Of a stretch of DNA of 64,000 nt, positions 9,820-20,793 are shown piece by piece. The DNA is from Candidatus Krumholzibacteriota bacterium (GTDB taxonomy: Bacteria; Krumholzibacteriota; Krumholzibacteriia; JAJRXK01). Location of the stretch: positions 66,743 through 130,742 of the forward strand of contig CAVSGG010000001.1 of the NCBI GenBank assembly GCA_963727455.1. Reading direction: 5' to 3'. Numbering within the stretch: position 1 is the stretch's first letter; each line of letters starts with the position of its first letter. Under the pieces are notes generated by a model, which made no database searches, was not told where the DNA came from, and saw nothing but the letters and a program-made list of their open reading frames with translations. The position numbers and the translations under genes are program-made.

Positions 9820-11219
9820 TCTTCTCCTCGATCGAATTCTTCGTGTTCTTGGCCCTGGTCCTCTTGGGCTTGGGACTCTTGCGCAGGGAAGAGGGCCGGC
9901 GGAATCTCCTGCTGGTGTCCAGCTACGTATTCTACGGCTGGTGGGACTGGCGCTTCTGTTTCCTCATTCTCGCCTCGACCATCATCGACTATGCAGCCGG
10001 CCGTTTCATGGAACGCAGCTCGACGCAAGTCGCGCGCAAGCGCTGGCTCGTGGTGAGCCTGGTCGCGAACCTTGGCATTTTGAGCGTCTTCAAGTACGCC
10101 AATTTCTTCTTGGGCAACTTCAGGCCGCTGTTCGGTGCGGCGGGGGTGAACCTTCCTCACCTGAACATCATTCTGCCGGTGGGGGTCTCCTTCTTCACTT
10201 TCCAAACGATGAGCTACTCGATCGACGTCTACCGCAGGAAGTTGCCCGCCACGCACAATTTTCGCGACTTCGCGCTCTTCGTTTCCTTTTTCCCGCAACT
10301 GGTGGCGGGACCCATCGTCCGTGGCGCCGAATTCCTGCCTCAACTCGCGTTCGTACATCCCCTGAAACGCTCGAACATCCACGCGGGACTGGACATCTTT
10401 CTGCGCGGTTTCACCAAGAAGGTGTTGTTCGCGGACACCCTGGCGACCTACGTGGATCCCGTGTTCGCACACCCGGCCGCGTATTCCTCGGGAACGGCGT
10501 GGATGGCTGTCATCGCCTACGCCTTCCAGATCTATTACGACTTCTCCGGCTACAGCGACATGGCCATTGGCGTGGGCAAAATGATGGGCTTCGAGCTGCC
10601 GGTGAACTTCCGGCACCCTTATCGCAGTCTCAACGTCACCGAATTCTGGCGCCGCTGGCACATCACCCTCAGCGGGTGGTTGCGTGATTACCTTTACATT
10701 TCCTTGGGCGGAAACCGAAAGGGCCGCGGGCGCACTTACGTCAATCTGATGCTCACGATGTTGCTCGGCGGTCTCTGGCACGGGGCCTCCTGGAATTTCG
10801 TGGTATGGGGCGGGCTGCACGGAGCGGCTCTGGCTGTTCACAAACTCTACATGAGCTTGCGGGGAGAGAATGCCCCCGCCCCCGGCTTCGTGCGCAAGTT
10901 CTTCTCCTGGGCCGCGACCTACGTGTTCGTGCTCGTGACCTGGGTGTTCTTCCGCGCACAGAACTTCTCTACCGCGTGGACCTATTTGCAGAAGCTCGCC
11001 TTCGCGAACGCGCGCGGCATCGAATGGTATTACGTGCAGGCCATGGTGGTCATCGCGTTGGGGGCGGCGCTGCACATCGCGGTGGTTATGCGCGACGACC
11101 GCGAGCTCGTCATCGACTTCCGACGGCCCATCATGTGGGGCGTGGCCGTAGGTATGATGATCGTCATCCTCCTCTACTCCCCCTTCGGTAACAGCCCCTT
11201 CATCTACTTCCAGTTCTAG
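9816..11219 (+). CDS. MBOAT family O-acyltransferase (AlgI/PatA-like)
   Basis: LPVGVSFFTFQ, FFPQLVAGPI, QIYYDFSGYSDMA, FWRRWHITLS, GLWHGA. Confidence 0.93.
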   Translation: MIFSSIEFFVFLALVLLGLGLLRREEGRRNLLLVSSYVFYGWWDWRFCFLILASTIIDYAAGRFMERSSTQVARKRWLVVSLVANLGILSVFKYANFFLGNFRPLFGAAGVNLPHLNIILPVGVSFFTFQTMSYSIDVYRRKLPATHNFRDFALFVSFFPQLVAGPIVRGAEFLPQLAFVHPLKRSNIHAGLDIFLRGFTKKVLFADTLATYVDPVFAHPAAYSSGTAWMAVIAYAFQIYYDFSGYSDMAIGVGKMMGFELPVNFRHPYRSLNVTEFWRRWHITLSGWLRDYLYISLGGNRKGRGRTYVNLMLTMLLGGLWHGASWNFVVWGGLHGAALAVHKLYMSLRGENAPAPGFVRKFFSWAATYVFVLVTWVFFRAQNFSTAWTYLQKLAFANARGIEWYYVQAMVVIALGAALHIAVVMRDDRELVIDFRRPIMWGVAVGMMIVILLYSPFGNSPFIYFQF

Positions 11220-11276
11220 CTTACGGCGACACGCCTCCGCGCCTCTCAGCCACCCTATGCTATACTCTCTCTTGCC

Positions 11277-12359
11277 ATGATCAGACCACCGCGTCTCCTT
11301 TTTCGCCAGGCCATCGCCCGTTTAGGCGCGATCGCTTTCGTTTTGCTTTCCATGGAATTCGTGCTGCGTTTGTGGATTGCGACACCCGCGACCACCGAGC
11401 CTGATCCACAGTTCGAGTACTTTCAACGCCCCTATTCGCGGCAAGTGCACAGCTCGGAAGGCTATAGCCGCACGCACATGAACGAATTCGGTTTCAATGA
11501 CGAAGATCCTTGGCAGCAGGAACCGCGGCGCCGCGCCCTGCTTGTCGGCGATTCCTATACCGAAGCAATGCAGGTCTACCCGGGGCAGAATTTCGGCAGT
11601 GTGGCCGAGTCTCTGGTAGATGGCTTGGAGGTTTGCAACGCGGGACGCGCGGGGTGGGGGCCGCCCGATCTTGTGGCCTTCGCAAAAATCCGTGGAAGGC
11701 AATTTTCGCCGGACGTGGTGGTGATTCAGCTCAACGACGGCGATCTCAGGGAGTTTTTTAGGCCAGGGTCAGCCCACATGATTCCGGATCAGGATGGGTG
11801 GGAATTGGTGGTTCCTGAGATAAGAGCGGATGCCTCCTGGAGCCATGCCCTGCTGCGCTCGTTGATGCAGTCTTCTTCCTTGATCACCCTCCTGGGGTGG
11901 CGCAGTAGGACCCTGCTGAATCTCGAGAGGGGGCGTCTCCGCGAACGCTTCGTGCCCAGGGCGGTGCAGGCTGCCGGCTTGACTGGAAAATCCCGGACTG
12001 CGACGGATAGCCAGGGGGTACCTTTCGAAGCAACGGACATGCTCTGTGCTTTGCACTGGAGACTCAACGAGAGCTATCCCGATCCCATTTACGTCTGCAT
12101 TCCGCGCATCTCGTACCTGGATGACACCGTTGCCTATCCGCGGCGCCGCGCGATCTATCACGAATTTGCCGCGCGTACCGGCGCCGTGTTCATTGATCCC
12201 ACCGACGCGCTCCTGGCCGAGTACCATCTCCATGGGCAGCCCTGCCACGGATTCCAGAACAGCGAGATGGGGAAGGGGCACCTCAATGCACGGGGACATC
12301 GGGTGGTGGGCGAGCTTCTCGCGGCCGAACTGCGGAAGCGACTCCCAAAATCGAGGTAA
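11277..12359 (+). CDS. Membrane-anchored SGNH/GDSL-like protein, paralog 2
   Basis: Shares long identical blocks with 8764-9819 (TTEPDPQFEYFQRPYSRQ, GQPCHGFQNSEMGKGH); VGDSYTE. Confidence 0.75.
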   Translation: MIRPPRLLFRQAIARLGAIAFVLLSMEFVLRLWIATPATTEPDPQFEYFQRPYSRQVHSSEGYSRTHMNEFGFNDEDPWQQEPRRRALLVGDSYTEAMQVYPGQNFGSVAESLVDGLEVCNAGRAGWGPPDLVAFAKIRGRQFSPDVVVIQLNDGDLREFFRPGSAHMIPDQDGWELVVPEIRADASWSHALLRSLMQSSSLITLLGWRSRTLLNLERGRLRERFVPRAVQAAGLTGKSRTATDSQGVPFEATDMLCALHWRLNESYPDPIYVCIPRISYLDDTVAYPRRRAIYHEFAARTGAVFIDPTDALLAEYHLHGQPCHGFQNSEMGKGHLNARGHRVVGELLAAELRKRLPKSR

Positions 12360-12436
12360 GCCTTCCTTACTAGGAACGCGTCAGATGCTCATTCTTGCGC
12401 GGGCCGCCCTTCATCCTTTGTGTCGAGGTCCGGAAG

Positions 12437-13726
<1,290 letters not shown>

Positions 13727-13839
13727 GAAACTGCTCCCTGTTCTGAAGTGGGGCGGTGAAGTCGAGAATGGCGCCTCGACATTTACGGGCAGCTTCGATT
13801 CAAACAGTCGTTTCGAAGGATCCCGCCAAGGTGAATGAT

Positions 13840-15039
13840 ATGTCGCAAAAGAACGCTATCCAAGGAACAGATGCCCACGACGCCGATTTTCCGGCCGAGA
13901 ACGAAACGGACGCCAAGGAACCCCGCTGGGAGCTGGTTCGCATGGCGCGCAGCTTCTGGAAGCGGCTCCGCTGGACCGTCCGCCTTCTGGTCTTGGGCGC
14001 GGGAGTCTTGCTCGTCGCCCAGCTCTTCGCGCTCTATCGCGCACTCGCCGACCTGCATCCCTGGCTCGGTCTCGCGGGGGTGCTCGTGTTCGTGGGGCTC
14101 TTGGCTTGGCTGGTGGGCCGCCCCCTCGCGAGTGCGCTGCGTCTTCCCGGGGTGGTGACGCCGCCGCGCATGCCCGCGGCTCCGCAACGCACCGCTTCTG
14201 ACGCCCGGCGCCAGCTGAAGTACCTGGAGCGCTACCTGCGCGCGCAGCAGAGAAATCCGGCCCTGAGTGCGCAGAAGGAGAAGTTGCAGGAGTCACTGCG
14301 AGCGGTGGGCGAGTTGCGGCAGACGGCGCGAAAGCTCGACGATGCGCGGGAGCTCTCCGCGCGCATCACCCACGTGGAGCGCGAATATGTGCTCCCGCTC
14401 CTGGAGCCACTGGATCGTCGTGCCGAGACCCTCATCCATCGCGAGGCCCTGGCCATCGGGTCGATGACCGCTCTCTCTCCCAACGGCACCCTCGACGCAT
14501 TCTTGGTGCTATGGCGCAACATCAATCTCGTCGCGGCCCTGGCTCGTCTCTACTACGGACGTCCAGGATTGATCGGAACGGGACTCATCCTGCGGGACGT
14601 TTCCTCCGCCATCCTACTCTCCAGCGTGCTGGAGCAGATCAGCGACATGGGGGGCAGCCTCTTGCGCAAGCTCGGGGAGGGCGGGCGCAGCATTCCCCTT
14701 TTGGGGGCGCTGGTGGGGCCGGTCCTGGACGGCACGATCAACGGACTCATGACGATGAAGGTGGGATACCTGGCCCAGGAGCGGTGTCGCTCGTTTCGGG
14801 CTTGGGACGGCCGAACCAAGCGCGGTATCATCCGGCGGACCTTTCATCTGGTCGGTGATTCGGCCGCGCTCTTCATGGAGGAGCTCAACAAGTCGGTAGT
14901 GCAGTCGCTCAACTTGGTGAAATTCACCGCGGAAGCCGGCAAAGGCGCCGCCCACACCGTGAGCTCCAAGGCGCTCGCTCTGTGGAGGAGCATTCGTCGA
15001 GTGATGGGCCCGCAACCGTCCTGGGATCAAGAGTCATGA
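13840..15039 (+). CDS. YcjF/DUF697 family membrane protein
   Basis: Two N-terminal TM helices; TALSPNGTLDA...LYYGRPG and GTINGLMTMKVG patterns. Confidence 0.65.
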   Translation: MSQKNAIQGTDAHDADFPAENETDAKEPRWELVRMARSFWKRLRWTVRLLVLGAGVLLVAQLFALYRALADLHPWLGLAGVLVFVGLLAWLVGRPLASALRLPGVVTPPRMPAAPQRTASDARRQLKYLERYLRAQQRNPALSAQKEKLQESLRAVGELRQTARKLDDARELSARITHVEREYVLPLLEPLDRRAETLIHREALAIGSMTALSPNGTLDAFLVLWRNINLVAALARLYYGRPGLIGTGLILRDVSSAILLSSVLEQISDMGGSLLRKLGEGGRSIPLLGALVGPVLDGTINGLMTMKVGYLAQERCRSFRAWDGRTKRGIIRRTFHLVGDSAALFMEELNKSVVQSLNLVKFTAEAGKGAAHTVSSKALALWRSIRRVMGPQPSWDQES

Positions 15040-15554
15040 ATTCTTCCAAGCGACCGTCCGCAGAAGACCTTCCCGAAGCCTACCGCGGATATCTCGCCGA
15101 AGTCCCCGAGGGGGACATCGTTCTGAGCCTGGCCGTGGCGTGGACGGAGACCAAGGCTCTGTTGCGCGGGCTCAGCGAAGAGCGGGCGGGGCACCGCTAC
15201 CAGGAGGGAAAGTGGAGCATCAAAGAAATTTTGGTGCATCTGATGGACACGGAGAGAATTTTCGTCACGAGGGCCCTGCGTTTCGCTCGCGGCGACGCCA
15301 CCGAGCTACCCGGATACGACCAGGACCACTATGTAACGCACTGTAACGCGGGAATTCGTCCCACCGCAGAACTCATCGAAGAATTTCAATGGATGAGGGG
15401 TGGCCATCTCCGCTTCTGGCGTGGTCTTCCCGAGGCGGCCTGGCAGCGTCGCGGCGTCGCCAATGGGTGCGAATTCACGGTGGCAGCCATCGCTTGGATT
15501 CTCGCCGGGCACGAACGCCACCACCGCCGCATCATCCAGGAACGCTATCTCTGA
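15036..15554 (+). CDS. DinB family protein
   Basis: RYQEGKWSIKEILVHLMD...ILAGHERHH His triad. Confidence 0.85.
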   Translation: MNSSKRPSAEDLPEAYRGYLAEVPEGDIVLSLAVAWTETKALLRGLSEERAGHRYQEGKWSIKEILVHLMDTERIFVTRALRFARGDATELPGYDQDHYVTHCNAGIRPTAELIEEFQWMRGGHLRFWRGLPEAAWQRRGVANGCEFTVAAIAWILAGHERHHRRIIQERYL

Positions 15555-15633
15555 GGAGCTTGCCTGGGCGACACGCTGGCTCTAAGCTGGCGCGGTTCGC
15601 TCGCCCCCGTGTTCGCTTGAGGAGGCAGAAGAG

Positions 15634-16752
15634 GTGGGTCCGTCCGTTCTACTTACGATCGAGCTCGCGCTGGGGGTGGCGCTCGGACTTTTAGCGGCCC
15701 TGCTCTTTCTGCGGCGGCGCAGCACCCCGGCGGGTCTGACCCTGGCCTTCGTGGTGGTCCTGGCTCTGGCCGTGGTGCCCCCCGCCCTCCTGGGTCCCCG
15801 CATGGCGACGCGCCCGAGGCGCGTCCGCGTGGTGAGCGTTCTCGACCAGCCCACGACCCAGGCCCTGACCGAGGCTTTCACGCGACGCACCGGGATTGTC
15901 TGCGACGTGGATCCTTTCGCTGGAGGCACGCAGACCACGGCGGGTCTGATTCTCCAGGGGCGGCTCCACCCGGACGTTCTTTTGGGGGGAACGGTGGAGA
16001 TCCACGAGGAACTGGCCCAGAAGCAGCTTCTGGCCCCCCACGTCATTCGCCCAGATAGCAGGCGCACCAGTCTCTACGACGACCCCGATGGGCGCTGGAC
16101 TCCGCTCTATCTCGGGCTTTTGGGACTGGTCTACCGGCCTTTGCCGGAGTTCCAGGCACGCGCGCCGGACTGGCTCAGTCTGATTCAACCCCGCTTCAAG
16201 AACCGGGTCTCCATTCCCGCACCGGACAAATCCGGCGGGGGCCTGGTCTTTCTCGCCACCCAGCTGCAGCGGCAGAAAGAGATCGAGAAGTGCTGGGAGT
16301 ACCTGCAGCTCTTGGACGAAAACGAAGTCCACTGGGAGGACCGCTCGAGCGTGCCCATTTCCCGCGTGGCGGCGGGAACCATGGATCTTGGAGTGGCCTG
16401 GGCGCACGACGTCCTGCGACGCATCGAGAGCGAGCGACTCCCGGTGAAGATGACCATTCCGCGCGAAACCGGCTTCGAGGTGGGGGCGGCCAGCATCTTG
16501 GCCAACGCGACCGACCCGGAAGCCGCGCAGCGCTTTCTCGATTTTCTCACCGGCAAGGAGGCGGGGCGCATCCAGGCCGAGGTGGGCCATCGGGTGCCGC
16601 TGCGCACCGACATCGATCTCCCCGGCTATCTGGACCACTCGCTGCCCGATTTGAAGACCGGCAGTGGAGGGATGCACTACGACCGCGCGTTCGTGGTCAA
16701 GAACCAGGACGCGTGGATCAAACGCTGGAAGGCCATGCGCGCGCAGAGCTGA
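15634..16752 (+). CDS. Extracellular solute-binding protein (Fe3+/thiamine AfuA-like) with two N-terminal TM helices
   Basis: PDVLLGG, WLSLIQPRFKNRVSIPAPDKSG, AAQRFLDFL. Confidence 0.72.
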   Translation: MGPSVLLTIELALGVALGLLAALLFLRRRSTPAGLTLAFVVVLALAVVPPALLGPRMATRPRRVRVVSVLDQPTTQALTEAFTRRTGIVCDVDPFAGGTQTTAGLILQGRLHPDVLLGGTVEIHEELAQKQLLAPHVIRPDSRRTSLYDDPDGRWTPLYLGLLGLVYRPLPEFQARAPDWLSLIQPRFKNRVSIPAPDKSGGGLVFLATQLQRQKEIEKCWEYLQLLDENEVHWEDRSSVPISRVAAGTMDLGVAWAHDVLRRIESERLPVKMTIPRETGFEVGAASILANATDPEAAQRFLDFLTGKEAGRIQAEVGHRVPLRTDIDLPGYLDHSLPDLKTGSGGMHYDRAFVVKNQDAWIKRWKAMRAQS

Positions 16753-16803
16753 AGCGGCCAAAAGGCGAAAATCGCTCCACCGTTGCGGTCGAAGCGCTCG
16801 AAC

Positions 16804-16832
16804 TTGCGTCTTGCGGCCCGCCACCCTACACT
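16804..16832 (+). promoter_or_regulatory. sigma70 promoter upstream of HAD gene
   Basis: TTGCGT-N17-TACACT. Confidence 0.5.
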
Positions 16833-16931
16833 TCCTAGCCGGTTTGTGCCGTTTGCGGCGACTTTCATGCGCGGCCACTGGAAGCGGTGGTTCGCACCCC
16901 ACGTTCAAGCGAGAGACTCGTAAGGAATCCC

Positions 16932-17684
16932 ATGGCAACACTCGAACTGACCCGTCCGCTCGTTCTGGCGATCGATCTCGACGAGACCTTCCTGGAGGCG
17001 GATGCAAGCTCCAAGCAAGACCTCCTGGACCTTCTCGACGGTTCGCGGGAGCAATTGAATCTCATCTACATGAGCCACGACACGGCCGAGGGCTTGATCG
17101 GCCTGGCCGCGAAGGCCGAGCTTCCGGTTCCCGATGTCTTCCTTTCCGACAGCGGCACCACCGCTCTTAAGGGAGATGGAAGCGGGACCATCGACACCTT
17201 GCAGCGGAACATTATTCAACTGTGGCCAGGGAAGGCCGCGGTGAGTCGTGTGGTCGAGGCCATCGAAGGTGCACAGCTTCTGGAAGACGACTCGCCCTGC
17301 CGCCAGGCAGTCCACTACGACAACGATGAAGCCTACGAAGCTCTGGTGAAGGGCACGGACTCGATCGGTTGCCACCTGGTACTGCGTCGCAACAATCGGG
17401 TGGACGTCTTGCCCTACGGCGTGGACAAGGGATCGTCCCTGGGTCGATGGGTCGTGGAAGAAAACCACAATCCCATGAGCGTGTTGGCCTACGGCGAGAG
17501 CCTCGGCGACGTTTCACTCTTCGGCCGCGGGTGGCGCGGAGTCTGTTTTCCACACGGACCACAAGAGATGATCAAGGAGGCCACGCGCTTCCACAACGTG
17601 TACGTGGCCGAGGCGGATGGCCCCGCCGGCGTGCTCGATGGATTGCGTCACTTCGGGTGGATTCCCGCCACCGCCGGAGTTTGA
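16932..17684 (+). CDS. HAD-IIB hydrolase, sucrose-phosphatase-like
   Basis: DLDETFL motif I; DVLPYGVDKG; motif IV variant GESLGD. Confidence 0.7.
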   Translation: MATLELTRPLVLAIDLDETFLEADASSKQDLLDLLDGSREQLNLIYMSHDTAEGLIGLAAKAELPVPDVFLSDSGTTALKGDGSGTIDTLQRNIIQLWPGKAAVSRVVEAIEGAQLLEDDSPCRQAVHYDNDEAYEALVKGTDSIGCHLVLRRNNRVDVLPYGVDKGSSLGRWVVEENHNPMSVLAYGESLGDVSLFGRGWRGVCFPHGPQEMIKEATRFHNVYVAEADGPAGVLDGLRHFGWIPATAGV

Positions 17685-17728
17685 CGGCAGGGCGAAATTT
17701 CCCTGGAACACATCGCTAAGATGGAATT

Positions 17729-17755
17729 CCGGTCCCTTCACGGGGGCCGGTTTTT
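17729..17755 (+). terminator. Intrinsic terminator
   Basis: CCGGTCCCT-TCAC-GGGGGCCGG followed by TTTTT. Confidence 0.75.
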
Positions 17756-17810
17756 GTGTCCTCCCTTCGCGCCTCTTGGACAGGCCGGAGGCAAAAAGGG
17801 GGAGAAGACG

Positions 17811-17836
17811 GGAACTCATTTTCACCTCGCTCGTTG
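17811..17836 (+). promoter_or_regulatory. ECF (RpoE/SigH-type) promoter for degP
   Basis: GGAAC-N16-CGTTG about 40 nt upstream of the ATG. Confidence 0.6.
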
Positions 17837-17876
17837 AATCCGTGAGCCTGGTAACGAGACGGAAAGGTGGAACCCC

Positions 17877-19373
<1,497 letters not shown>

Positions 19374-19414
19374 TGTCGACCGCCGAGGGGCGGGAGACAT
19401 TGACAGTTTTCAGA

Positions 19415-19441
19415 AAGGGGCGGCCCCCAAGGTCGCCCCTT
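19415..19441. terminator. Hairpin between convergent degP and RDD genes (probable bidirectional terminator)
   Basis: AAGGGGCGGCC-CCCAA-GGTCGCCCCTT. Confidence 0.6.
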
Positions 19442-19464
19442 CGTTCATGAGCGCTCGGAGGATC

Positions 19465-20214
19465 TCAGAGTTTCTCGCAGAAGGTCCCCGCCACCATGTC
19501 GTGCAGGGCTTGCTTGCGTTCGTTGGTGAGGACCAACAAATAGCCGAAGAAGAACCAGCCAGACACGAAGTTCTTGATGAAAAAGCGGAGGCTCGCTCGG
19601 GCAAAGCTGCAGCGGCCACCCTCGGTGTCGACCACTTGAATTCCCATGGCGCGCTTTCCTACCGTGGCCTGCCAACTCGAGGACAAGAGCAGCGCCTCGT
19701 AGAGCCAGGCGATGACGGTGGAGACCGCGTAGTAGACCCAGGGCAGCGAGGCCCAAATTTCGTGAAAACTCAGGTGCTCAGCGGAGTCGGCCAGGGCCAT
19801 GTAATTGTCCAGTAGACCGAGAGCGTAGGCGATGAAGAACCAGATCATCCCTACGAAGCCCATGGCCAAGCCATCGATGATGAAGGCGCCGGCGCGAATC
19901 CAAAAGCCCGCGTACTCCACCGGGGCCTCATCCTCTTCGGCCAAAAAACCAGCAGATTCCGCGCTTTCCTGCACGAAGGGAGCTGCGGGCTGGTCTTGGC
20001 CCGAGACTGCGGGCGCGGAAAGCTCTTCTTGCGCGGATGGCGGATCCATGGCATGGGGGAAATCCATGACGCGCGTCCAGATCTGGTGCTGCTCATTCCA
20101 GATGTAATCCGTTGGCCCTAGGCGCCCGGACTGAACGAGTCGCTGGATTTCCTGAAAGGAGACGGGACCGTGCCGCACCCCCTGGATTCCGTACCAATAG
20201 CCGTTCTCGTTCAC
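19465..20214 (-). CDS. GYF_2 (DUF4339) plus RDD family membrane protein
   Basis: WY...HGPVS...W...W N-terminal domain; YAGFWIRAGAFIID, QATVGKRAMG, QALHDMVAGT; GTG start after GAGGAG (ATG at 20247 is an alternative). Confidence 0.82.
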   Translation of the reverse strand: MNENGYWYGIQGVRHGPVSFQEIQRLVQSGRLGPTDYIWNEQHQIWTRVMDFPHAMDPPSAQEELSAPAVSGQDQPAAPFVQESAESAGFLAEEDEAPVEYAGFWIRAGAFIIDGLAMGFVGMIWFFIAYALGLLDNYMALADSAEHLSFHEIWASLPWVYYAVSTVIAWLYEALLLSSSWQATVGKRAMGIQVVDTEGGRCSFARASLRFFIKNFVSGWFFFGYLLVLTNERKQALHDMVAGTFCEKL

Positions 20215-20313
20215 GACACCCTTCTCCTCGGCGGATCTTCCTCGCATGGACTCGGGGCTGAGTGTATCCTACTCAGCGCCGATCGACCACCACGCACGGG
20301 GAGCTTAGAGCCC

Positions 20314-20736
20314 ATGAGCGAAAAGAGCACTCGAGAACTGATCGAGGAATATTTGGAAGAAGGCCCTTACGCAGTCGTTGGCGCCTCTACCGACCGCAAC
20401 AAGTACGGCAACAAAGTGTTGCGTGCGTATCAACAGACCGGTCGTGATGTCTATCCGATCAATCCCAAGGCGGAAGAGGTCGAGGGGCTGAAGGCCTACC
20501 CCGATCTCGCCAGTCTTCCCTTGGTACCCCGCGGAATTTCCATCATCACCCCGCCCTCCGTTACGGAGAAGGTCGTCCTTCAAGCGGCCGAGCTCGGGGT
20601 GAGCTACGTGTGGATGCAGCCGGGCGCCGAGAGTGAAAAGGCGATCGAGAGCGGCAAGCGGGCCGGCCTCGGAGTCATTGGAGACGGGAGCTGCGCCTTG
20701 GTCGTGATGGGGTTTCATGAAGATCCGAGCAGTTGA
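20314..20736 (+). CDS. CoA-binding protein (YccU-like)
   Basis: AVVGAS, VYPINPK, VWMQPG. Confidence 0.87.
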   Translation: MSEKSTRELIEEYLEEGPYAVVGASTDRNKYGNKVLRAYQQTGRDVYPINPKAEEVEGLKAYPDLASLPLVPRGISIITPPSVTEKVVLQAAELGVSYVWMQPGAESEKAIESGKRAGLGVIGDGSCALVVMGFHEDPSS

Positions 20737-20793
20737 TCCAGCCTTAGGAAGGCGCGCGACTTCGCCGAGCGAACCACAGTGAGGAGAATTCCG

